Shown: positions 1-7,326 of the stretch, piece by piece
Position numbering within the stretch: the first letter of the stretch is position 1
Layout of the letters: the number at the start of each line of letters is the position of its first letter
NCBI GenBank assembly: GCA_044357085.1
Contig: JBIKVA010000001.1
Coordinates: forward strand, 11,266-75,265
Source of the DNA: Steroidobacteraceae bacterium
GTDB lineage: Bacteria > Pseudomonadota > Gammaproteobacteria > Steroidobacterales > Steroidobacteraceae
Length of the DNA: 64,000 nucleotides
Reading direction: 5' to 3'
Translations under genes and position numbers: made by a program
Notes under the pieces: generated by a model
The model's input: the letters and a program-made list of their open reading frames with translations, nothing else
Told to the model about the DNA's origin: nothing
Databases searched by the model: none

Positions 1-399
1 GCGGGTGGCGCGCTCGAGGCGGGCGGCAAGCTGTGCGGCGAGTTCGAGGGCGAGCACCGGATCGGTGATCGCCACCTGCCGGAAGCGGGAATAGGCCATC
101 TCGGCGATCTCGGTGCGGCCCCTGGCGCGCACGTAGGCGCCGCGCCCCGGGGTGGCCTCGAGCAGACCCATCTCGCCAAAGAATTCACCCCGGCCCAGAT
201 AGGCGAGCACCAGCTCCTTGCCGTGTTCGTCCTCGATGAGCACCTCCACCGAGCCGGAGAGCACGTAGTACAGCGCCTCGGGAGCCTCGCCCGAGCGGAC
301 CAGGACGGTGCGCGAAGGCACGACCCGTCGCGGGCACTGCTCGAGGAAGCGCTGCATGGGCGTAGCCAGGGCACGCGTCTTCGGGTTGGGGGAGTTCAT
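1..399 (-). CDS. CRP/FNR-family cyclic-nucleotide-binding transcription factor (Vfr/Clp-like); N-terminal 133 codons only, 3' end outside window
   Basis: Hand translation from ATG 399-397 (GAGG upstream): MNSPNPKTRALATPMQRFLEQCPRR...LYYVLSGSVEVLIEDEHGKELVLAYLGRGEFFGEMGLL. This matches the cNMP-binding beta-roll of Vfr/Clp/CRP. Frame is open to position 1; absent from ORF track because truncated. Confidence 0.8.
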   Translation of the reverse strand, partial: MNSPNPKTRALATPMQRFLEQCPRRVVPSRTVLVRSGEAPEALYYVLSGSVEVLIEDEHGKELVLAYLGRGEFFGEMGLLEATPGRGAYVRARGRTEIAEMAYSRFRQVAITDPVLALELAAQLAARLERATR

Positions 400-419
400 T
401 TCTCGAACCTCGCAGATGA

Positions 420-1067
420 TCAGAGCCAGTAACTCGTCGTCGTCATGACGCGCGCCGTGGCGCGCATCGCGGTTTGAACCGGTGGGGGAAGCTCGACACC
501 GCCCGCGGCGCGGGCTGCGGCGCCGTGCGCCATCTCGTCACTGCGCATCTGCTCGAGCACGGCGCGGCTGCGCACGTCTTGAGGCGGCAGCTTGTCGAGA
601 TGGGAGTCGATGTGACCTTCGACCTGACGCTCGGTCTCGCTCACGAAGCCGAGGCTGACGCTGTCGCCGGCCACGGCCGCGGCGGCGCCGATCGCAAACG
701 ATCCGGCGTACCACAGGGGTCCGAGCACGCTTGGCCGCGAATCGAGTTCGCGCAGGCGCTGGTCGCACCAGGCCAGGTGGTCGGCTTCCTCGCGAGCTGC
801 CTGCAGCAGCATGTCGCGGACTTCAGGTCGCCGTGCGAAGGCCGCTTGCCCGTGGTAGAGGGCTTGGGCGGCGACTTCGCCGGCGTGGTTCACGCGCATG
901 AGGCTGGCTGCGGTGCGCTTGTCTGCCTCGCTCAGTGCCTGGTCGCTGCTGCCTTCCGAGCGGGCCGGCCTGGGGATGGGCCGGGCCGCCGCGGGGGTCG
1001 CGAACACGGATCGCAGGGCGCGATCCACGCTGACGAGGAGGTTATCGATGGGGCTTTCGTGTCTCAT
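420..1067 (-). CDS. coq7: 2-nonaprenyl-3-methyl-6-methoxy-1,4-benzoquinol hydroxylase (di-iron Coq7)
   Basis: 215-aa ORF with the Coq7/CLK-1 di-iron carboxylate pattern (RVNHAGE...EEADHL...ETERQVEGH...SDEMAHG). Confidence 0.9.
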   Translation of the reverse strand: MRHESPIDNLLVSVDRALRSVFATPAAARPIPRPARSEGSSDQALSEADKRTAASLMRVNHAGEVAAQALYHGQAAFARRPEVRDMLLQAAREEADHLAWCDQRLRELDSRPSVLGPLWYAGSFAIGAAAAVAGDSVSLGFVSETERQVEGHIDSHLDKLPPQDVRSRAVLEQMRSDEMAHGAAARAAGGVELPPPVQTAMRATARVMTTTSYWL

Positions 1068-1225
1068 GCCCCCATTATTACGGCCCGGCGGGCGACAACT
1101 TTAGGTCTCATCGGATTCTGGTCGGGGACCGCCGCGCCCCGGCCGGGATCCGGGGGGCGATACCCCACCGGTAACGGCACGCCAGGTATCAAATAGAGGG
1201 GGGTGACCCCCCGGCAGAGGGGGTT

Positions 1226-1254
1226 TTGCAAAGACCCCGCACCTTAAGTACACT
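1226..1254 (+). promoter_or_regulatory. sigma70-type promoter for rplM-rpsI (TTGCAA-N17-TACACT)
   Basis: Read directly from sequence; about 65 nt upstream of the rplM ATG. Confidence 0.5.
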
Positions 1255-1323
1255 CTCGCGCCCCTTTTTCGGGACTTGCAGGGCCCTCCATTTCCGGGGG
1301 CATGCGGCAGTCGGAGACTTCAG

Positions 1324-1752
1324 ATGAGCACTGTGTTCGCAAAACCCGCCACGGTTCGCGGCGACTGGTTTCTCGTGGATGCCAAGGGCAAGACCCTCGG
1401 CCGTCTCGCGTCGGAGATTGCGCTGCGCCTCAAGGGCAAGCACAAGGCCGACTACAGCCCGCATGTCGACATGGGCGATCACATCGTGGTGGTCAATGCC
1501 GAGCAGGTCCGGGTCACCGGCGCGAAGATCACCGACAAGATCTACTACCACCACACCGGCGCCATCGGCGGCATCAAGTCGATCGCGCTCGGCAAGCTCC
1601 TCAAGGAGCATCCCGAGCGGGTCATCCAGATCGCCGTCAAGGGCATGCTGCCGAAGACCACGCTCGGTCGGCGCATGTACCGCAAGCTGCACGTTTTCGC
1701 CGGGGATCAGCACCCGCACTCGGCGCAGCAGCCGAAGCCGCTGAGCCTTTGA
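1324..1752 (+). CDS. rplM: 50S ribosomal protein L13
   Basis: [49 protein letters not shown]... is typical L13. Start is the internal ATG of ORF 1276..1752. Confidence 0.95.
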   Translation: MSTVFAKPATVRGDWFLVDAKGKTLGRLASEIALRLKGKHKADYSPHVDMGDHIVVVNAEQVRVTGAKITDKIYYHHTGAIGGIKSIALGKLLKEHPERVIQIAVKGMLPKTTLGRRMYRKLHVFAGDQHPHSAQQPKPLSL

Positions 1753-1793
1753 TCAACAACCCGTCCGCACGAATCCGCAGGAACCAGACCAAG

Positions 1794-2183
1794 ATGCCTT
1801 CCACGAACTACGGTACCGGCCGGCGCAAGACTTCCACCGCCCGCGTTTTCCTCAAGCCGGGCACCGGCAAGATCACCATCAACGAGCGCACGATCGAGCA
1901 TTTTTTCGGTCGTGAGACGGGACGGATGATCGTCCGCCAGCCGCTCGAGGTCACCGAGACCGTAGGCCGCTTCGACGTCGACGTGACGGTCGCCGGCGGC
2001 GGCATCACGGGGCAGGCGGGTGCGATCCGCCAGGGCATCACCCGCGCGCTGATCGAGTACGACGAGACGCTGCGCCGCCCGTTGCGCGTAGCCGGGTTCG
2101 TGACCCGTGACGCCCGCGAAGTCGAGCGCAAGAAGGTCGGCCGCCGCAAGGCACGTCGCGGACCGCAGTACTCCAAGCGCTGA
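1794..2183 (+). CDS. rpsI: 30S ribosomal protein S9
   Basis: [30 protein letters not shown]...RRGPQYSKR is the canonical S9 with its C-terminal YSKR. Lies in the frame of ORF 1302..2183. Confidence 0.95.
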   Translation: MPSTNYGTGRRKTSTARVFLKPGTGKITINERTIEHFFGRETGRMIVRQPLEVTETVGRFDVDVTVAGGGITGQAGAIRQGITRALIEYDETLRRPLRVAGFVTRDAREVERKKVGRRKARRGPQYSKR

Positions 2184-2224
2184 TATATTCGGCAACTCGG
2201 GCTGCCGTCACGGCCACCGGTCAT

Positions 2225-2298
2225 TGGGGGATCGTCTAGCGGTAGGACAACGGACTCTGACTCCGTTTACCTAGGTTCGAATCCTAGTCCCCCAGCCA
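2225..2298 (+). tRNA. tRNA-Gln (anticodon CUG), CCA encoded
   Basis: Manual cloverleaf. Acceptor TGGGGGA/TCCCCCA; D stem GTCT/GGAC; anticodon stem ACGGA/TCCGT with loop CTCTGAC; T arm CTAGG-TTCGAAT-CCTAG; ends GCCA. Confidence 0.93.
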
Positions 2299-2302
2299 AA
2301 AC

Positions 2303-2335
2303 GAAGGCCCGCAGCGATGCGGGCCTTCTTCATTT
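2303..2335. terminator. Bidirectional intrinsic terminator between tRNA-Gln and rpiA
   Basis: Hairpin GAAGGCCCGC-agcgat-GCGGGCCTTC, flanked by TTCATTT on the + strand and GTTTTGG on the - strand. Confidence 0.7.
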
Positions 2336-2362
2336 GCGGGGCTGTCCGGCTCCGGCGCAGCC

Positions 2363-3022
2363 TCACTCGATCCGGGTCACTCCGGCGGCACTGCCGACCA
2401 GCACCACATCGGCAGGCCGGTGGGCGAACAGTCCCGCCGTTACCACGCCGGCAATCCCGTTGAGCGTCGACTCGAGGGCGGGTGGATCGAGGATGCGCAG
2501 GCCGTGCAGGTCGAGGATCTGGTTGCCGTTGTCGGTGATGGCGCTTTCGCGCCAGACCGGTTGGCCGCCCAGCTTCATGAGTTGGCGGGCCACATAGGAC
2601 CGTGCCATCGGGATGACCTCGATGGGCAGCGGGAACCTGCCGAGCACATCGACGACCTTCGACTCGTCGACGATGCACACGAAACGCCGCGATGCCGCCG
2701 CGACGATCTTCTCGCGGGTGAGTGCGCCACCACCACCCTTGATGAGTCGGCGATGCCGGTCGGTTTCGTCGGCACCGTCGACGTAGAGATCGAGGTCACC
2801 GGTGCGATTGAGGTCGAGCACCTCTATGCCGGCGGCTTTGAGTCGCGCGCTCGTCGCCTCCGAACTCGATACCGCACCACGCAGGCGTCCGCGCCAGTGC
2901 ACGAGTTCGTCGATGAAGTGGTTCACCGTCGAACCGGTGCCGACGCCGATGATCGTGTCGTCCTCGAGGAATCGCAGCGCTGCGCGCGCCGCTGCAAGCT
3001 TGCCGTCCACTGCACTGCTCAT
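2363..3022 (-). CDS. rpiA: Ribose-5-phosphate isomerase A
   Basis: 219 aa with GVGTGST, YVDGADE and [11 protein letters not shown] motifs typical of RpiA. Confidence 0.93.
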   Translation of the reverse strand: MSSAVDGKLAAARAALRFLEDDTIIGVGTGSTVNHFIDELVHWRGRLRGAVSSSEATSARLKAAGIEVLDLNRTGDLDLYVDGADETDRHRRLIKGGGGALTREKIVAAASRRFVCIVDESKVVDVLGRFPLPIEVIPMARSYVARQLMKLGGQPVWRESAITDNGNQILDLHGLRILDPPALESTLNGIAGVVTAGLFAHRPADVVLVGSAAGVTRIE

Positions 3023-3057
3023 GGCGTTTTTTTTCCGGGAAAAACAGTATTTCGGGA

Positions 3058-3094
3058 GCCTGAAACGAAGATGCCCGCTTGCGCGGGCATCTTC
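3058..3094 (-). terminator. Hairpin terminator/attenuator downstream of the micro-ORF, about 40 nt upstream of rpiA
   Basis: Minus strand: GAAGAUGCCCGC-GCAA-GCGGGCAUCUUC followed by GUUUCA. 12-bp stem, GNRA loop, short U tract. Confidence 0.55.
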
Positions 3095-3156
3095 TTGCTT
3101 TCGAGAAGACGGCGGGTGGGATTTGCGTCCTGCCCGCCGAAGATTCGCTAGGAATC

Positions 3157-3207
3157 TTACTTCTTCTTGGCGGCTTTCTTCTTCGCCTTCTTCTTGGCCT
3201 TAGCCAT
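3157..3207 (-). CDS. 16-codon polylysine micro-[19 protein letters not shown] (leader peptide or free-standing polycationic micropeptide; unassigned)
   Basis: ATG 3207-3205 is preceded by GGAG 8 nt upstream; TAA at 3159-3157. 9 AAG and 1 AAA Lys codons. Own promoter upstream and hairpin downstream. Too short for the ORF track. Confidence 0.45.
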   Translation of the reverse strand: MAKAKKKAKKKAAKKK

Positions 3208-3241
3208 GGTATGTCTCCAGTTACGGGTTAGTCCGAGGACG

Positions 3242-3273
3242 AGTATATACACGCGCAAACAAAAAACAAGCAA
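3242..3273 (-). promoter_or_regulatory. sigma70-like promoter in an AT-rich patch (TTGCTT-N18-TATATA, overlapping TTGTTT-N16-TATACT)
   Basis: Minus-strand read CCTGTTGCTTGTTTTTTGTTTGCGCGTGTATATACTC. Among the lowest-GC stretches I noticed in the window. Confidence 0.5.
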
Positions 3274-3353
3274 CAGGGTCTTCCGAAATTCTCCGACTTG
3301 TGTATGCCCGTGTGTGCGTCGCACTCATCGTGCGAATGATCCGCCGATGAACA

Positions 3354-3821
3354 TCACGCAGCGAGCGCGATGATGAAGCGCCAGTCCTGCGCGCTAACCG
3401 GCGTGATCGACAGCCGATTGCCGCGCTTGAGGATCTGCAGGTCGCGCAACTTTCCCTGCGCGTGGGTGCGCAGCTCATCGAGCGAAATTACCCGGGAAAA
3501 ACGCTGCTCAAGCCGCACGTCGACCATGTACCAGCGCGGCTCCGCAGCGGTGGCGGCTGGGTCGAAGTTCGCATGCGCGGGGTCGACAGCCGTCGGATCC
3601 GGATAACCGGTGCTCGTCACCTTCATCACGCCGACGATACCCGGCAGTTCACAACTCGAGTGGTACATGAATGCCAGGTCGCCGATGCGGAACTGGTCGC
3701 GAAGCATGTTGCGCACCTGGTAGTTGCGCACTCCGTCCCAGCAGGTGGTGCGCTTCGGCGCCTTGGCGAGATCATCGATGCTGAAGGTCGAGGGTTCGGT
3801 TTTCATCAACCAATGGTTCAT
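3354..3821 (-). CDS. EVE (PUA-like, DUF55) domain protein
   Basis: MNHWLMKTEPSTFSIDDL...WDGVRNYQVRNMLRDQFRIGDLAFMYHS... is a typical stand-alone EVE protein. Its ATG overlaps the stop of the upstream 5-FCL gene by 4 nt. Confidence 0.85.
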   Translation of the reverse strand: MNHWLMKTEPSTFSIDDLAKAPKRTTCWDGVRNYQVRNMLRDQFRIGDLAFMYHSSCELPGIVGVMKVTSTGYPDPTAVDPAHANFDPAATAAEPRWYMVDVRLEQRFSRVISLDELRTHAQGKLRDLQILKRGNRLSITPVSAQDWRFIIALAA

Positions 3822-4408
3822 GCGAAATCTCCGCGGAAAACACGAATGCCGCGCTCGGTGACGACGGCGTCCAGGGGAATGTCGGTCGCAAGCGGTTCGA
3901 TCGACGGTGCTTCCTGGCAGGAATGCGCGATGCCGATCAGTCGCGGGCCACGCCAGTGACGCCGCTGGCGGCGAAAGGCGAGTGCGCGGTCATAGAACCC
4001 CGCGCCCATGCCGAGACGGTTGCCCCGTGCGTCGAAGCCAACCAGCGGCAGGAACACATATTGCATCGACCACGGCGCGGCCCGCTGGCTGCTGTCGAAC
4101 TCGGCAATGCCGTAACGGTTGATGCGCAGCCGCGGCCCCGGCGGAACGAAGACCATGCGGGAGCGGCGGTAATCGACGATACGCGGCATGAATATCGCGC
4201 AGCGTCGATGGTTCGCCAGCGCCAGCAGCGGGGCGGTGTCGATTTCGTTCGGCAGGGCGGCGTAGAGCGCGACCCGCCGGTGCGGTGAGAGCCAGCCGGT
4301 GCGCGCAACGAGGGCGGCGATGCGTTTCGCGGCCCGAATGCGCAGCGGCGCGGGAATCGAGGCGCGTGCCGCGCGCAGGGCCTTGCGCAGTGAGCGGCGA
4401 TCGGACAC
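3818..4408 (-). CDS. ygfA: 5-formyltetrahydrofolate cyclo-ligase
   Basis: 196 aa with the GMGAGFYDR motif. GTG start at 4408. Synteny zapA-ssrS-ygfA as in E. coli. Confidence 0.88.
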   Translation of the reverse strand: MSDRRSLRKALRAARASIPAPLRIRAAKRIAALVARTGWLSPHRRVALYAALPNEIDTAPLLALANHRRCAIFMPRIVDYRRSRMVFVPPGPRLRINRYGIAEFDSSQRAAPWSMQYVFLPLVGFDARGNRLGMGAGFYDRALAFRRQRRHWRGPRLIGIAHSCQEAPSIEPLATDIPLDAVVTERGIRVFRGDFA

Positions 4409-4435
4409 CAGTTGGAAACTCCCCTGGCGCTGGAA

Positions 4436-4640
4436 AAGAGGGCGTCACCCGCCTGTGCCGGCGTGAACCGTTGCTCTCGACACAGAGCAACAAGTGGGGC
4501 GGACTACGTCAGGTAAGGCTTTCCGCTCGAAGGCGGACCTGCACAATGCTGACAGCAAGCCCTGATGCCCCGGGGCGTTCCAACTTAGGGTCGAGAGGTA
4601 ACCCGATCCACTATCGAACACCGCAGGCGACGCCACGGGA
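4436..4640 (-). ncRNA. ssrS: 6S RNA (ends approximate)
   Basis: Lies between zapA and ygfA as in E. coli. The minus strand contains GGUCCGCCUUCGAGCGGAAAGCCUUA and ...GGUUCACGCCGGCACAGGCGGGUGACGCC. These resemble the E. coli 6S central-bubble and 3' segments. Closing stem is GGCGUCGCCUG / CAGGCGGGUGACGCC. Confidence 0.7.
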
Positions 4641-4709
4641 CTCTACACCAGTGGTGACCGCAGGAACATGACGGCGATGAGCGTCGGGCGATGCCGGCGC
4701 CCCATCGCG

Positions 4710-5033
4710 TCAGAGGTCGAGCTGCTGGCTGCGATTGACGGCGGAGTCGATGCGCTCGCGCAATGCGCGCACGCGATTGCCACTCTCGATTTCGGTACGG
4801 CGTTCCTTGTCCTGCAGCTTGAGCAGATCGTTGGCGAGATTCAGGGCAACCATGACGGCGACGCGATCGAGACCGACCACTTTGCCGCTGTCGCGGATAT
4901 CGCGCATACGGGTGTTCAGGAACTCGGCCGCGTCGAGCAGCGCCGAGCGTTCTTCGTGCGGGCAGGCGATCAGATATTCCTTTTCGAGGATGCGGATGCT
5001 TACGCGGGCCGCGTCTTTCTCGCCGGCGCTCAT
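4710..5033 (-). CDS. zapA: Cell division protein ZapA
   Basis: 107 aa: ...VSIRILEKEYLIACPHEERSALLDAAEFLNTRMRDIRDSGKVVGLDRVAVMVALNLANDLL is ZapA-like. Confidence 0.9.
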   Translation of the reverse strand: MSAGEKDAARVSIRILEKEYLIACPHEERSALLDAAEFLNTRMRDIRDSGKVVGLDRVAVMVALNLANDLLKLQDKERRTEIESGNRVRALRERIDSAVNRSQQLDL

Positions 5034-5266
5034 GTGCCGTGCTCCAGAGTCTTGAGGCGTCCGATCATCGCCTCGACGCGGGTACGCACCTGTTCGTTGC
5101 GTTGCATGAGGGTCGCTCGCTCGTTCGAGAGGGTGTCCTGGCGCTGGCGCAGCGCGCGATTTTCCTCGCGCAAGGCCCCCAGCAGCCCGAGAAGATCATC
5201 GACCTGTTTCTCGAGACGGCGGATTTCCGCGTCGAGTCCCGTTCGCTCGCCAGCCTTGTCGCTCAT
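5030..5266 (-). CDS. Coiled-coil ZapB-like/TIGR02449-like protein upstream of zapA
   Basis: 78-aa heptad-rich ORF overlapping the zapA start by 4 nt. This position is typical in Pseudomonas and Xanthomonas-type genomes. Confidence 0.7.
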   Translation of the reverse strand: MSDKAGERTGLDAEIRRLEKQVDDLLGLLGALREENRALRQRQDTLSNERATLMQRNEQVRTRVEAMIGRLKTLEHGT

Positions 5267-5300
5267 GGCAAAATTATAGGGCTCGCGCGGGGCCGATCAA
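5267..5300 (-). promoter_or_regulatory. sigma70 promoter TTGATC-N16-TATAAT, placed so that +1 is the A of the zapB-like ATG (leaderless configuration)
   Basis: Minus-strand read GTTGATCGGCCCCGCGCGAGCCCTATAATTTTGCCATG. Six nt separate the -10 box from the ATG and there is no SD. Confidence 0.5.
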
Positions 5301-5339
5301 CGCGGCAGACAAGGCTTTTTCTGCGCCGAAGCCATTCGC

Positions 5340-5987
5340 ATGCGGCCGCTTTGGCATAATCCACCGGTGTCCACCCCCGATTTCCGCCAGATCGAACGCC
5401 AGATGTCCGGCTCGCGGGCCCTCACCGACCTGCCCGAGGCCCATGGCACGTTGACCGGCGCGCTGTGCTCCGCGGCAGCGATGACCCTGCAGGATTGGTT
5501 GCGCGAGGTCTTTCCCGAAGGCCTTGCCGGTGACGCCGAGCCGTCCATGCACGCCGTTTTCGAGTGGACTCAGCATGTGCTGCGCTCCGGGCAACTCGAA
5601 TTCCAGTTGCTGCTTCCCACCGATGACGAACCGGTCGCGACCCGCGCCGCGGCCTTGGGTCATTGGTGCCAGGGGTTTCTTTATGGTCTCGGCTCGAATC
5701 CGATCCCCGACGTCGACCAGCTACCCGAAGAGATCGGCGAGATCGTCCGTGACCTGTCGGCGATGACCCAGATCGAGGTCGATGAGAGCGAATCCGACGA
5801 GGACAACGAGCAGGCGTACGCCGAACTCGTCGAATTCGTCCGCATCGGCGTGCAGTTGCTGCATGACGAACTCGGACGCTTCCGCGACGCTGCGGCGGGC
5901 ACCGCCTCGGTCGGGGCCGGGCCCGGCAGCACGGGCGAGGGTGACGGACCGGAGGACGAGCATGGCAACCCGGTCTCGATCCACTAA
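5340..5987 (+). CDS. ygfB: YgfB/UPF0149 family protein
   Basis: Acidic C-terminal half; ...PEAHGTLTGALCS... aligns with E. coli YgfB PAEMHGLISGMICG. Synteny ygfB-pepP-ubiH-ubiI. Start uncertain (ATG 5340 or GTG 5367). Confidence 0.8.
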   Translation: MRPLWHNPPVSTPDFRQIERQMSGSRALTDLPEAHGTLTGALCSAAAMTLQDWLREVFPEGLAGDAEPSMHAVFEWTQHVLRSGQLEFQLLLPTDDEPVATRAAALGHWCQGFLYGLGSNPIPDVDQLPEEIGEIVRDLSAMTQIEVDESESDEDNEQAYAELVEFVRIGVQLLHDELGRFRDAAAGTASVGAGPGSTGEGDGPEDEHGNPVSIH

Positions 5988-7326
5988 GCCGCGCGATACC
6001 GCCGGCGTCCCCCCGCCGCCCATAGGCCGCGACGAATTCGCACGTCGGCGCCGGCAACTCATGAAGGCCATGGGGCGCGAGGCGATCGCCATCGTGCCCG
6101 CTGCGCCGGTGCGGTTGCGCAACAACGACGTCGAGTACGCCTACCGGCAGGACAGCAACGTCCACTATCTCACCGGGTTTCCCGAGCCCGAGTCCGTCGC
6201 CGTGCTGGTTCCCGGGCGGCCGCAGGGGGAATACCTGCTGTTCGTGCGCGATCGCGATCCGCAGCGCGAGACCTGGGACGGCAGGCGTGCCGGGCCTGCG
6301 GGCGCACGGCGCGACTACGGCGCCGATGACGCTTTTCCGATCGGCGACATCGACGAGATCCTGCCCGGACTCATGGAGGGCAGGGCAAAGATTTTCTACA
6401 CCGTCGGCGTGAACCGCGAGTTCGACCAGCGCGTGGTCGGCTGGGTTAACGGCTTGCGCGCCCAGGCCAAGCAGGGGCGCCATGCGCCGCACGAGATGGT
6501 GGCGCTGGAGCACGTGCTGCACGAGATGCGGCTCTTCAAGAGCCGCGCGGAGATCGAGCAGATGCGCGAGGCGGCGCGAATCGCCGCGCGCGCGCACCTG
6601 CGTGCGATGCGCCATTGCCAGGCCGGTCGCCACGAATACGAGCTCGCCGCGGAGATCCAGCACGAGTTCCACCGCTCGCGGGCCGAGAACTCCTATCTGC
6701 CCATCGTCGGCGGCGGCGCCAACGGCTGCATCCTGCATTACCGCGAGAACGCTTCGGTGCTGCGCGCCGGCGAACTGGTGCTGATCGATGCCGGCTGCGA
6801 GTACGAGTCGTATGCCTCGGACATCACCCGCACCTTCCCCGTGAGTGGCCGTTTCTCGCCGGCACAGCGGGCTGCCTACGATGTGGTGCTCGAGGCGAAT
6901 CGCGCGGCGATCGACGCCGTGCGTCCGGGGCACGACTGGAACCGTCCGCACGAGGTTGCGGTGCAGGTCTTGACTGCCGGCATGGTCAGGCTTGGCCTGC
7001 TCAAGGGCAGGGTCCCCGCGCTGATCAAGTCCATGGCGTATCGCCGCTTCTACATGCACCGCACCGGCCACTGGCTCGGCATGGACGTCCACGATGTCGG
7101 CGACTACAAGATCGGCGAGATCTGGCGGCAACTCGAGCCCGGCATGGTGCTGACGATCGAGCCCGGGCTCTACGTGCCGCCCGGAACCCGCGGCATTCCG
7201 CCCGAGTTCCGCAACGTCGGCATCCGCATCGAGGACGACGTGCTGGTGACCCGCGAGGGTCACGAAGTACTTACCGACGGCGTGCCCAAGGACCCCGCTG
7301 CCATCGAAGCGGTCATGGCCGCATGA
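5962..7326 (+). CDS. pepP: Xaa-Pro aminopeptidase
   Basis: M24B motifs (YLPIVGGGANGCILHY, LIDAGCEY, HWLGMDVHD, TIEPGLY, IRIEDD). Internal ATG of ORF 5782..7326. Confidence 0.92.
   Translation: MATRSRSTKPRDTAGVPPPPIGRDEFARRRRQLMKAMGREAIAIVPAAPVRLRNNDVEYAYRQDSNVHYLTGFPEPESVAVLVPGRPQGEYLLFVRDRDPQRETWDGRRAGPAGARRDYGADDAFPIGDIDEILPGLMEGRAKIFYTVGVNREFDQRVVGWVNGLRAQAKQGRHAPHEMVALEHVLHEMRLFKSRAEIEQMREAARIAARAHLRAMRHCQAGRHEYELAAEIQHEFHRSRAENSYLPIVGGGANGCILHYRENASVLRAGELVLIDAGCEYESYASDITRTFPVSGRFSPAQRAAYDVVLEANRAAIDAVRPGHDWNRPHEVAVQVLTAGMVRLGLLKGRVPALIKSMAYRRFYMHRTGHWLGMDVHDVGDYKIGEIWRQLEPGMVLTIEPGLYVPPGTRGIPPEFRNVGIRIEDDVLVTREGHEVLTDGVPKDPAAIEAVMAA

Noticed and set aside
223-432. 69-aa plus-strand ORF overlapping the CRP-like gene.
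   Set aside because: It is antisense to a well-supported cNMP-binding regulator, has no SD, and its sequence is not protein-like.
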